From Eledone cirrhosa (taxonomy: Eukaryota), in assembly GCA_964016885.1 (NCBI GenBank), contig OZ024740.1, positions 236,406,001-236,470,000 of the forward strand: a stretch of 64,000 bases of DNA, read 5' to 3'. A program made the position numbers and the translations under genes. Each line of letters begins with the position of its first letter. Position 1 is the first letter of the stretch. Below the pieces are notes generated by a model. The model was not told the DNA's origin. It worked only from the letters and a program-made list of their open reading frames with translations, and searched no databases. Positions 54,228 to 64,000 of this stretch are shown here, in pieces.

Positions 54228-57200
54228 CATCATCATCATCATCATCAACGTTTAACGTCCGTGTTCCACGCTTGCATGGGTTTGGACGGGGGTAGTCCCA
54301 CTTGAGGCAAGAGTGATTGTCTTGCTCGCATAGGACTGTCTGGCAGGTTTTCTACAGTTGGATGCCCTTCCTAACACCAACCACATTTACAGTGTGGGTC
54401 TGGGAGGTTTTTACCGTGTTGCCTACACGGCCACATTACAGCGTGGACTGTGTGTTTTTTTGTCGTGACACCTACACGATCTCATTTGTTTCGGCCTCGA
54501 TGGCGCGGCACCAACATAACTTTACATAGAACGGGGTGGTGTGGATCGGGTGGGGGTGGTGGTGGTGGGACGGGGTGTATTTTGTTAGAGATGCCTACTG
54601 GCTGGAGTAGGTTTTACTATATATTTAGGTAAGGCGGGTCTTCTCTGTTACTGAGTACCGCCAAAGGTCTCGGTCCAGTGACATTGTCTTGGAGAGGTGT
54701 AAGTGTGTGATGTCGGAGTTTATCAGCTCGTCCCAGGTTTTTCTAGGTCTGCCTATTCCGTGACTACCGTCTATCTTTATTGCCCTGCACTTTGTTATAC
54801 AGCTATCGACTTTCATGCGCATCACGTGTCCATACCAACGTAGCCTTCTCTCGAGTAAACAACATCTGATCCCTCTTATCTCTAATTTTTTCCTTAGTTC
54901 GTTTATGCTTTGCCGTTCACGTATATTACTGTTACACATCCAGCGGAGCATACAAGCTTCGTTCCTCTCTAGTCTGCGTATATCCTCTGCACACAATGCC
55001 CAGGTCTCACTGCCATGCAGCATTGCTGTTCGTATGCAGGCATCGTACAACCTGCCTTTCATTTTTAGTGAGAACCCTTTAGCAGCTAATAGTGGTATAA
55101 GCTCTCTGAACTTTTTCCAACCAGTTCTGACTCTAGCTACAGTACTTTCAGAGCACCCTCCCCCACTGCTGATTTTATCGCCCAGGTAACGGAAGCTGTC
55201 CACTATTTCTATAGAACCCTCTGCGCAATTGAAAGAGCTAGTAGTTTGTGGGCACTTGCTGCTACTTATTGCACCAGAGCACCGGCCACATGTAAAATCT
55301 ATGTTCTTAGTTAGCTTACCTGTGATCCCACTACATCTTTTATGCACCCATACTTTGCATTTAGGACATAAAATGGAGTTTCTACCTACGCCTTTCCTAC
55401 ACACCGAACACGACCATTTCCCAGAAGGGACCGCCGCCTTGTTTTCTTTCCTACAAACTAGTACTTTGGTCTTAGCCAGGTTAATTTTAAGTCCTTTTGA
55501 CTCTAGGCCGTGCTTCCATGTTTGGAATTTCTTCTCTAGCTCGGCCATTGATTCCGCTATGAGTGTCAGGTCGTCTGCGTATAGGAGTTCCCATGGGCAG
55601 CCTGTCTTGAACTCCTCTGTTATAGCCTGAAGGGCAATAATAAATAGTAGTGGACTGAGAACAGAGCCCTGATGGACGCCAACTTTTACGCTAAACTCTT
55701 CACTATATTCGTTGTTAATTCTAACCTTGCTGACTGTTTCTTTATACATGGCTTGTATAGCCCTCACAAGCCATTCGTCAACGCCTAGTTTTCTAAGAGC
55801 CCACCAGATAATGGAGCGGGGGACTCTGTCGAAGGCTTTCTCCAAGTCGACAAAAGCTAAGTAGAGGGGTTTACCTTTAGCTAGGTACTTCTCCTGTAGT
55901 TGTCGTACTATGAAAAGAGCGTCTGTGGTACTTTTGCCTGACACAAACCCGAACTGCATTTCATCTAGGTCAATTCTCTCTCTGATTAGTTGCGCTATTA
56001 CTTTTTCCGTGACCTTCATGACCTGGTCGATTAATTTAATGCCTCTATAGTTACTCCTATCTAGGGCGTCTCCTTTACCCTTATAACAGTTAACGATGAT
56101 GCTGCTATGCCAGTCCTTCGGAACAACCCCATTCTGTACGACTTGGTTAACTATGCGGGTGACCATGGTGTGTCCCACCGTGCCAGATGCCTTCAGCATC
56201 TCAGCAACTATTTCCGAAGGCCCAGCCGCCTTACCAGTCTTCATATCCTTGATTGCCTTACTTATTATACTCCCCTCGACTAACACTGCTGGTCCCTCTA
56301 TTGGGTCGATATGGGGGAGACTGCCTTTCTCCCAATTATTCTCCTCATTTAGTAGCCTTTCATAGTGACACTTCCAAGCTACCTTCTTATCAGCGTCGGT
56401 GATGGCAAGTGTGCCATCGTCGTTTAGTACACACTTCTCCCCGACAATATCACGGTTTTCCTTGACGCATTGCCTAGCAATCCTGAACACCTCACGTTTT
56501 TGGTCATCGCGTTGTAGAACATGCTTGAACTTTCTTTCCTCAGCTTCCCTTCTTGCTAAGTACACTTGTCTCCTAGCTTCCCTCCTGGCCACTTGATAGT
56601 CCTCTCTACTTCCCCCATCCCGCCATACTTTCCAAGCCTGCTTTTTGGCCTTAATTGACCCCTCCACCTTACTGTTCCACCACCATGTTACTCTCCTCCT
56701 GCCTACAGGCCTGCTCCAGCCACAGACTTCGTCTGTCGCCAACAGCAGGTTTGCTTTCAGAAATTCCCACTCTCCCTCTATATTGTCCGACTCTAAATGT
56801 TCTTCCTTACTGTCGAAAGCATCAAGTAATATGCTTTGAAATTTATTCCTGGCTGTGGGGTCCTTTAGCTTCCATATTTTCCTCCTGAGGATAGTCCTCT
56901 TCTGTTGTCGAGTACGTCTCGTCCTGACTATGAGGTCGCTAATTATCAGTCTATGTTGGGAGGTGCATTCTTCATGGGGGAGGGATTTAGTGTTTACAAC
57001 AGACACTCTGTCACGTCTTCTGGTAAGGATATAATCTACCTGGCTTGTGTGTTCCCCGGATCTATAGGTGATCAGGTGATTGTCACGTTTTTTGAAGTTA
57101 GTGTTACAGATAGTTAGGTTATTTGCATCACAGAATTCCAGGATTCTGGAGCCTTCCTCATTTCTAGTACCAAACCCATAGCCTCCATGGATTTCGTCGT

Positions 57201-57885
57201 AGCCGTCACAATGTTGTCCAACGTGACCATTTAGGTCGCCTGCGATAATTATATAGTCACTGTCGGATATTTGGGAGGTAGTTAGCATCAGTGTCTCATA
57301 GAATCTGTCTTTTATAGTGTCGGGCAGTCCGGATTGGGGTGCGTACGCAGATATTACTGTCACTGTAGTTCTATTGAGGACAAGTCGTATTTTAATTATT
57401 CTGTCGTTCACTCTATTTACGTCTATTATCTTATCTGCCCACTTTTCTGCTACCATGATTCCTACTCCACCCAGCCCATCGTCGTTTCCCACCCAGAAAA
57501 GCTTATAACATCGTTTTTTACCCTCAATGAACCTAGCAGACCCACCCCTCCACCTGGTCTCTTGAATACAACAAACATCGACCTCCTTACGTTCAAGCAT
57601 TTCTACAACCTCGTTAGCGCGACCCTTTAGGGTGCCTACATTTATGGTACCAACTCTGAGGTTTTGGATTGCGTTTGGGGGTTGGGGGCGGTGAGGGGCG
57701 GGGGGCGATGGGGTTATGTTAGCCGTCCGCGGTCGAAACAATGAGGAGTGCTCGCATTCTCGTCCAAGAGGTGAATTTGTCTTTATCTTTGGCATTGTCG
57801 CTGAGCGTCCAGATTTTTCTCTCTCTCCTCCACTCTCCAGGATTCCGCAGTCCATCCAACCATCATATATCGTATATCGAAAGGC
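54228..57885 (-). mobile_element. Near full-length RTE-clade LINE, antisense in the intron
   Basis: Single intact ORF, ~400-nt 3'UTR ending in (ATG)n, flanked by (TA)n on both sides. Confidence 0.95.
54625..57795 (-). CDS. RTE LINE ORF: APE endonuclease + reverse transcriptase with embedded PHD finger (~1056 aa from MPKIK)
   Basis: GTINVGTL, CCIQETRW, SAYAPQ, GDLNGH, QVDYIL, SQHR (APE). AFVDLEKAFDRV, GVHQGSVLSP, LLYADD, FRYLG (RT). No stops or frameshifts. The start codon is a choice among in-frame ATGs. Confidence 0.93.
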   Translation of the reverse strand: MPKIKTNSPLGRECEHSSLFRPRTANITPSPPAPHRPQPPNAIQNLRVGTINVGTLKGRANEVVEMLERKEVDVCCIQETRWRGGSARFIEGKKRCYKLFWVGNDDGLGGVGIMVAEKWADKIIDVNRVNDRIIKIRLVLNRTTVTVISAYAPQSGLPDTIKDRFYETLMLTTSQISDSDYIIIAGDLNGHVGQHCDGYDEIHGGYGFGTRNEEGSRILEFCDANNLTICNTNFKKRDNHLITYRSGEHTSQVDYILTRRRDRVSVVNTKSLPHEECTSQHRLIISDLIVRTRRTRQQKRTILRRKIWKLKDPTARNKFQSILLDAFDSKEEHLESDNIEGEWEFLKANLLLATDEVCGWSRPVGRRRVTWWWNSKVEGSIKAKKQAWKVWRDGGSREDYQVARREARRQVYLARREAEERKFKHVLQRDDQKREVFRIARQCVKENRDIVGEKCVLNDDGTLAITDADKKVAWKCHYERLLNEENNWEKGSLPHIDPIEGPAVLVEGSIISKAIKDMKTGKAAGPSEIVAEMLKASGTVGHTMVTRIVNQVVQNGVVPKDWHSSIIVNCYKGKGDALDRSNYRGIKLIDQVMKVTEKVIAQLIRERIDLDEMQFGFVSGKSTTDALFIVRQLQEKYLAKGKPLYLAFVDLEKAFDRVPRSIIWWALRKLGVDEWLVRAIQAMYKETVSKVRINNEYSEEFSVKVGVHQGSVLSPLLFIIALQAITEEFKTGCPWELLYADDLTLIAESMAELEKKFQTWKHGLESKGLKINLAKTKVLVCRKENKAAVPSGKWSCSVCRKGVGRNSILCPKCKVWVHKRCSGITGKLTKNIDFTCGRCSGAISSSKCPQTTSSFNCAEGSIEIVDSFRYLGDKISSGGGCSESTVARVRTGWKKFRELIPLLAAKGFSLKMKGRLYDACIRTAMLHGSETWALCAEDIRRLERNEACMLRWMCNSNIRERQSINELRKKLEIRGIRCCLLERRLRWYGHVMRMKVDSCITKCRAIKIDGSHGIGRPRKTWDELINSDITHLHLSKTMSLDRDLWRYSVTEKTRLT

Positions 57886-57914
57886 ATATATATATATATA
57901 TATACACACACATA

Positions 57915-57944
<30 letters not shown>

Positions 57945-57947
<3 letters not shown>

Positions 57948-58041
57948 TTATTAAAATAACAGATTAAAGTTTCAGAAGATCCCGTTAAGAGTGAAAGCAG
58001 CGATTCTTTGCTTAAACTTTAATCTGTTATTTTAATAAATA
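57945..58041 (+). ncRNA. Degenerate hammerhead-like motif (family D) in a short fold-back
   Basis: taaagttt CAGAAGA tccc-gttaa-gagt GAAA gca..tgc TT aaacttta. Relatives at ~15280-15325 (CTGAAGA core), 36546-36594 (-), 36370-36410 (-) and 11453-11490. Confidence 0.5.
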
Positions 58042-58138
58042 TTTACTCTACAGTTCTTATATATTTGATATATATTTATCCTTATCGAGCCCTCTTTGGA
58101 TTTTAGTCTTCAAATTTATTATTATTACTATACATATA

Positions 58139-58211
<73 letters not shown>

Positions 58212-58276
58212 CATCATCACCGTTTTACGTCCGTTCTTCCACGCTAGCATGGGTATATATATGTATATATATATAT

Positions 58277-59880
58277 TAGGTATAGGATTATCCAAGATGC
58301 AGTGGTGGTTAATTACTACACTGGATATGGTTGACGTACGGTAAGAGGTTACTCTACGAGTTATGGAAGAATTGTTCAAGAAACTTAGTTCCTGATCCTT
58401 CAGTATTCCGGAGTGTATATAAAGAATGAATAATAACAGGTAGACATCATAAAAAGGTAGTTTATTCCGTGTGCTTACAAGTGTTTCCACGGTGGTACTG
58501 CAGCCTAGTTCCGCTACGTGCAAATTCACAAGTATTTGCAGAACTCGAATATCCAATGCTGTGACCACTGTTTCCTCAGAGCAGAATGGTAAATATATAA
58601 TGTAAAAACACTTAAGTGGGGTTGTTGGGGAAGATAGAGTGGAACAGGAAGAGAGAAAAGTAGGGAAGATGGAGAGAGAAGGAAAGATATGCAGGGGTTG
58701 GAGAAGTAGGAGAGAGTGGCTTGTAGATATCTTAATCAAAATGTTATGGTAGGGGTTTTATTAGTTACTTTTGGAGAGATGTGTAGATAGTTGAGGTCGG
58801 AATTATTTATTGCCCCAGAGGTCAAGTTCATAGATGTTGAGAGGGAGGTAGGTCAAAGGTGAGAGAGAGAGAGTGTAATGGATGTAGAGAGAGATATATA
58901 GGTAGAGAGGGGACAGATAAAGTATATGTGGTGAGTGAACTTTTGGTTTTGTAGTAGTAATCTAGGAATTGTACTGAGTTACCATGTATAGTGATAAGCA
59001 GTGTATTGTCTTGTAGTGAGGGGGAGAAGAGAAGGTTGTTAGCTAGAAAGTGGTGTTGTAGTTACGGGTTCGAATGTTAAGTTATTTTATAGTGAGAGAA
59101 TTTAGCTTTTAGTTTGTGGTTGCAGTATAATGATCGTTCAATTCTATCGTTAAGTAGTTTGTTTTTGGATTTTAGTATGTAAAATAGCTCAAGGTTACAT
59201 AACCTGCAGTACTTCAAACCACTCCGATATGCATTTGCGCTGGAAAGTATATCCCATTTTAAGGTGAACTGTTGGTTGTGTTCACGGAGTTGCCAGGTCT
59301 TGTTGGCGAGCGTGGTCACAAAACGGTGATTCTGATGTTTGATTGAGAATCGATGACGGTACCAGCGAGATTTAAACGATGTGGTGGTAGATCCGATATA
59401 ATACCATTTCTGGTCGTCCGATTCAACCGTGCATTGGTAAACAATGTTGGACTTTAGGCATTCATTCTGCAATGGACATCTTTCAGGTAGATGGCAGTTA
59501 CATGCTTTGTTGTGGGTAGCGGGTATACCATGGATAGGTTGTGATAGCGGTACAGGTGGGTTGTGCAATACCCGTCTCCCATTTAGTGGTTGGGAGGCAG
59601 ATATTGCGTTCTGCCCATCTGTTACTAAAATGTTTTGTTTTGTAGAGTTGTTTAATTGCCTTAAGTTAAGTTTTTTTATGTATGCTTCAAGGTTTGGTGC
59701 CGTGGAGTATGATAGTCTAATAGTTTTGGAGTTCAGAATTTTGCTGTACTTATGGGAACTAGGGAAGTGTTTATTGATTAATTTAAAGAATGAAAGAGAT
59801 AGTTTTGTACTAATCGAGGCATTAAAAATAGGATTATACCAGATATACTTTCTACAACGTGATTTATTTGGTGGTGATCT
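58277..59880 (-). mobile_element. Penelope-like element 3' part: linker, Cys-rich motif, GIY-YIG endonuclease, 3' terminus
   Basis: RCRKYIWYNPIFN...KHFPSSH...TIRLSYS, then CNCHLPERCPLQNECLKSNIVYQC...YYIGSTTTSFKSRWYRH...CRLCNLE...CNH (ORF 59077-59568). Confidence 0.9.
58472..58583 (-). ncRNA. Hammerhead with CUGAGGA core and ~85-nt helix II domain
   Basis: Reverse complement: tgct CTGAGGA aacagtggt...accaccgtg GAAA cacttg TA agca. Same position relative to the GIY-YIG ORF as 34761-34877. Confidence 0.7.
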
Positions 59881-59996
59881 TCTATTATTAGTATGTCTGG
59901 TAGTATAGTGTGTGTGTGTTTGTGTTTAGTCCCCCGGTTACATATACCTTGATTACGTGTAGAGCTATGTGTGTTGTGGAAATTACTATCGATATA

Positions 59997-60345
59997 TCAT
60001 CATCATCATCGTTTAACGTCCATGTTCCACGCTTGCATGAGTTTGGACGGGAGTTTTCCCACTTGAGGCAAGAGTGGCTGTCTTGCTCGCATAGGACTGT
60101 CTGGGGGGGTTTTCTACAGCTGGATGCCCTTCCTAACACCAACCACATTTACAGTGTGGGGCTGGGAGGTTTTTACCGTGTTACCGTGTTACACGGCCAC
60201 ATTACAGCGTGGACTGTGTGTTTTTTGTCCTGACACCTACACGATCTCATTTGTTTCGGCCTGGATGTTGTGGCACCAACATAACTTTACATTGAAAGGG
60301 GTGGTGTGGATGGGGTGGGGGTGGGGGGGGGGGGTATTTTGTTAA
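59997..60345 (-). mobile_element. RTE 3'UTR copy nearly identical to that of the intact element
   Basis: Aligns along its length with 54228-54585. Confidence 0.9.
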
Positions 60346-60639
60346 TATATATTTATTAAAATAACAGATATATATATATGTGTGTGTGTATAGTTAAAAA
60401 ATGAAGATGAAAATGCACAGAAATATATTTAAAGATTACTTTTTTCTTTCATCCGACAATGAATAATTTTACAATTGCTGCATTGAATATAATTGGTTTT
60501 GATTGGTATAACAATCTTATCAAATATTAGATATTAAACGTTAAATATTTGAAAAATGTTTTTTCCTGTATTCTGTGAGCAATTCTAATAAATATATGTA
60601 TGTATAACTGAGTGTATATATTTCAAATGTATTTTACAG

Positions 60640-60881
60640 AAATTGTAACCAGTGCATGCGTGACTTATACTGCGGTTACTGCTATATGGATACTTTCCGA
60701 GGTTCTGTCAATAGCTCCTGTTTACCAGCAGATTATGATAATCCTTGGTTATCAACCAAGGGACGCTGCAATTCTACCTATTTACCTGGAAAACTTACCT
60801 GGGCCTATGACTACTGTCCTACACCATATGCTTGGATGCCAATGGTCGGATTAGTTCTTTACCTTGTATTCTTTGCTCCAG
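60640..60881 (+). CDS. SLC2A13: SLC2A13/HMIT-like exon F (242 nt), Cys-rich loop 9 plus TM10
   Basis: ttttacag|...|gtaatg. NCNQCMRDLYCGYCY...SSCLP...GRCN...WAYDYCPTPYAWMPMVGLVLYLVFFAPG. The Cys-rich loop is characteristic of HMIT. Confidence 0.93.
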
Positions 60882-60984
60882 GTAATGGAAAAAGTCTTTT
60901 TACTCTAATATTTCTTCTTTATGTGCCTGATACTCTATCAGAAATGTGTTGTGTTTGATACAGTACTGTCGTTGTGTATTGGTT

Positions 60985-63100
60985 GTAGTAATGTAGTGGC
61001 ATGTTGGATGTAGTGGTGTGTTGGATGTAGTGGTGTGTTGGAAATAGCGGTGTGTTGGATATAGTGGTGTGTTGGATATAGTGGTGTGTTGGCTGTAGTG
61101 GTGTGTTGGATATAGTGGTGTGTTGGCTGTAGTGGTGTGTTGGAAATAGTGGTGTGTTGGATATAGTGGTGTGTTGGCTATAGTGGTGTGTTGGATGTAG
61201 TGTTGTGTTGGATGTAGTAGTGAGTTGGCTGTAGTGGTGTGTTGGATGTAATGGTGTGTTGGCTGTAGTGGTGTGTTGGATGTAGTAGTGTTTTGGCTGT
61301 AGTGGTGTGTTGGCTGTAGTGGTGTGTTGGAAATAGTGGTGTGTTGGATGTAGTGGTGTGTTGGCTATAGTGGTGTGTTGGAAATAGTGGTGTGTTGGAT
61401 GTAGTAGTGTTTTGGCTGTAGTGGTGTGTTGGAAATAGTGGTGTGTTGGATGTAGTGGTGTGTTGGCTATAGTGGTGTGTTGGATGTAGTGGTGTGTTGG
61501 CTATAGTGGTGTGTTGGCTATAGTGGTGTGTTGGATGTAGTGGTGTGTTGGCTGTAGTGGTGTGTTGGATGTAGTGGTGTGTTGGATGTAGTGGTGTGTT
61601 GCATGTAGTGTTGTGTTGGATGTAGTGTTGTGTTGGCTGTAGTGGTGTGTTGGCTGTAGTAGTGTGTTGGATGTAGTGGTGTGTTGGCTGTAGTGTTGTG
61701 TTGGATGTAGTGGTGTGTTGGTTGTAGTGTGTTGGCTGTAGCGGTGTGTTGGCTGTAGTGTTGTGTTGGATGTAGTGGTGTGTTAGATGTAGTGGTGTGT
61801 TAGATGTAGTAGTGTGTTGGCTGCAGTGTTGTGTTGGCTGTAGTAGTGTGTTGGTTGTAGTGGTGTGTTGGTTGTAGTTTTGTATTGGATGTAGTGGTGT
61901 GTTGGCTGTAGTGGTGTGTTGGCTGTAGTGGTGTGTTGGATGTAGTAGTGTGTTGGCTGTAGTGGTGTGTTGGATGTAGTAGTGTGTTGGATGTAGTGGT
62001 GTGTTGGATGTAGTGGTGTGTTGGCTGTAGTGGTGTGTTGGCTGTAGTAGTGAGTTGGATGTAGTGGTGTGTTGGCTGTAGTGGTGTGTTGGATGTAGTG
62101 GTGTGTTGGATGTAGTGGTGTGTTGGATGTAGTAGTGTGTTGGATGTAGTGGTGTGTTGGCTGTAGTGGTGTGTTGGCTGTAGTGGTGTGTTGGCTGTAG
62201 TAGTGAGTTGGCTGTAGTGGTGTGTTGGATGTAGTGGTGTGTTGGCTGTAGTGATGTGTTGGCTGTAGTAGTGTGTTGGATGTAGTGGTGTGTTGGCTGT
62301 AGTGCAGTGTTGGCTGTAGTGGCGTGTTGGCTGTAGTGGAGTGTTGGCTGTAGTGGTGTGTTAGCTGTAGTAGTGTGTTGGATGTAGTGATGTGTTGGAT
62401 GTAGTGATGTGTTGGCTGTAGTGGAGTGTTGGCTGTAGTGGTGTGTTGGCTGTAGTAGTGTGTTGGATGTAGTGATGTGTTGGCTGTAGTGGTGTGTTGG
62501 ATGTAGTGATGTGTTGGCTGTAGTGGAGTGTTGGCTGTAGTGGTGTGTTGGCTGTAGTAGTGTGTTGGATGTAGTGATGTGTTGGATGTAGTGGTTTGTT
62601 GGATGTAGTGATGTGTTGGCTGTAGTGGTGTGTTGGCTGTAGTGGTGTGTTGGCTGTAGTGGTGTGTTGGCTGTAGTAGTGTGTTGGCTGCAGTGGTGTG
62701 TTGGATGTAGTGGTGTGTTGGCTGTAGTAGTGTGTTGGATGTAGTGATGTGTTGGATGTAGTGGTGTGTTGGCTGTAGTAGTGTGTTGGCTGCAGAGGTG
62801 TGTTGGATGTAGTGGTTTGTTGGATGTAGTGATGTGTTGGCTGTAGCGGAGTGTTGGCTGTAGTAGTGAGTTGGCTGTAGTGGTGTGTTGGATGTAATAG
62901 TGTGTTGGCAGTAGTTGTGTGTTGGATGTACTGGTGTGTTGGATGTAGTGGTGTGTTGAATGTAGTGTTGTGTTGGATGTAGTGTTGTGTTGGCTGTAGT
63001 AATGTGTTGGCTGTAGTGGTGTGTTGGATGTAGTGGTGTGTTGGATGTAGTGTTGTGTTGGCTGTAGTAATGTGTTGGCTATAGTGTTGTGTTTGATACA
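60985..63100. repeat. 20-bp tandem minisatellite (gtagtggtgtgttggat/ggct)
   Basis: About 2.1 kb of G/T-rich repeats starting ~100 bp after exon F. Confidence 0.95.
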
Positions 63101-63892
63101 GTAGTGCCGTCAGAAAAATCATAGAGATTCCCAATTACACACTATATTATCACTATAAAATGTTTTTATGGAAAAAATTTAAAGAAAATTTACTACGCAG
63201 AGAGAGAGGGGAAATATAAAGAATATAAAGCGAGAGTGAGAGAGAAAGGGAGTGATGAAAAGTACCATTCTTTCAAATAGTACATGTCAAAAGTTCATTT
63301 CACTGACCAAAGAATTTAGCAATTGCTTACTAAGATTTTACTTACCAACACACACAAATACATATATAGATTTATAATACATTCACCCACACATACACAC
63401 ATACACATATGGGTACATACACCATATTCTGACTTAAAACTGGACAATCACAACCCCCTACCTTCTTCAAAAACCATCTGAAGTCCCTAAAGTGGAGAAT
63501 TTCTACTCAAAAGAAGCATCAAATTTTATTTTGTTAGGATATTGTTCTGGTAAGTATCTTATATCTTTAAAGTAGAGAAATTTTGTTGAAATTACCACAG
63601 GAATGACATTATATTACTTTTGTTTACAATATTGTAGTGATGTGTCTAAAAGATAAAACCCAAAAAGTGTAGCAAGGGACATGCCTTAGGGTATATCTAT
63701 CTTGCTAGGGCCATGGACTTATGTAGGTCTTCATTACTAGTGTGTGTGTGGGGGGGGGGGGTGCTAGGGCAAATTTCTTCATCTGTCTTGCTTTAAATCC
63801 AGTCCAGCAGTCAAAGATGGATGACTGCTCTGCTCATAAGTAATACAGCAAATGATTTGAGTCTATTTCTTAAAACTATTTCCAATTTTGTT

Positions 63893-64000
63893 ATACGATT
63901 GGAAATACAAGCGGCCAAAATGAGATTCCTCGGAAGGGTCTTTGGAGTAACGTTACTTGATAAAGTGTGTAGCTCGGAGATCAAAGAGTCATTCACAGTA
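63893..64000 (+). mobile_element. RTE-type LINE C-terminal fragment (different family), cut by the window end
   Basis: + frame reads RLEIQAAKMRFLGRVFGVTLLDKVCSSEIKESFTV. Confidence 0.6.

Noticed and set aside
54815-57630. Several + strand ORFs over the LINE
   Set aside because: Antisense shadow frames of the RTE ORF with no recognisable domains.
57796-57909. N-terminal 38 aa of the 1094-aa ORF call
   Set aside because: Starts inside the flanking (TA)n/(CA)n array; a downstream ATG is more plausible.
58365-58405. CTGAAGG...GAAcaattc hammerhead-like string (minus)
   Set aside because: Core and helix I do not fit; a better motif lies at 58472-58583.
62361-63134. 257-aa His/Thr-rich ORF
   Set aside because: Translation of the 20-bp satellite.

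Overview
This is AT-rich, microsatellite-laden animal genomic DNA. The SINE/LINE repertoire suggests a coleoid cephalopod (octopus-like), which is an inference. The window holds six internal + strand exons (1008 nt, GT-AG, phases consistent) of an SLC2A13/HMIT-like H+/myo-inositol transporter; the first and last exons lie outside the window. The introns are almost entirely repeats: one intact antisense RTE-clade LINE ORF (APE + RT with a C4HC3 PHD finger inside the RT), many truncated RTE copies, tRNA-headed CORE-type and Nin-type SINEs, Tc1/mariner, piggyBac-, hAT- and Helentron-like elements, Penelope-like (GIY-YIG) fragments and several satellites. The most striking signal is non-coding: about 17 hand-folded type-I hammerhead ribozyme motifs from several families, about 11 with an essentially complete core. 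They include U3-A8 compensatory cores (UUGAAAA, UUGAUAA), palindromic helix III and unusually long helix II inserts. Most sit in Penelope termini or in ORF-less fold-back/tandem elements (retrozyme-like). All folds were done by eye, and no activity or database match has been verified.
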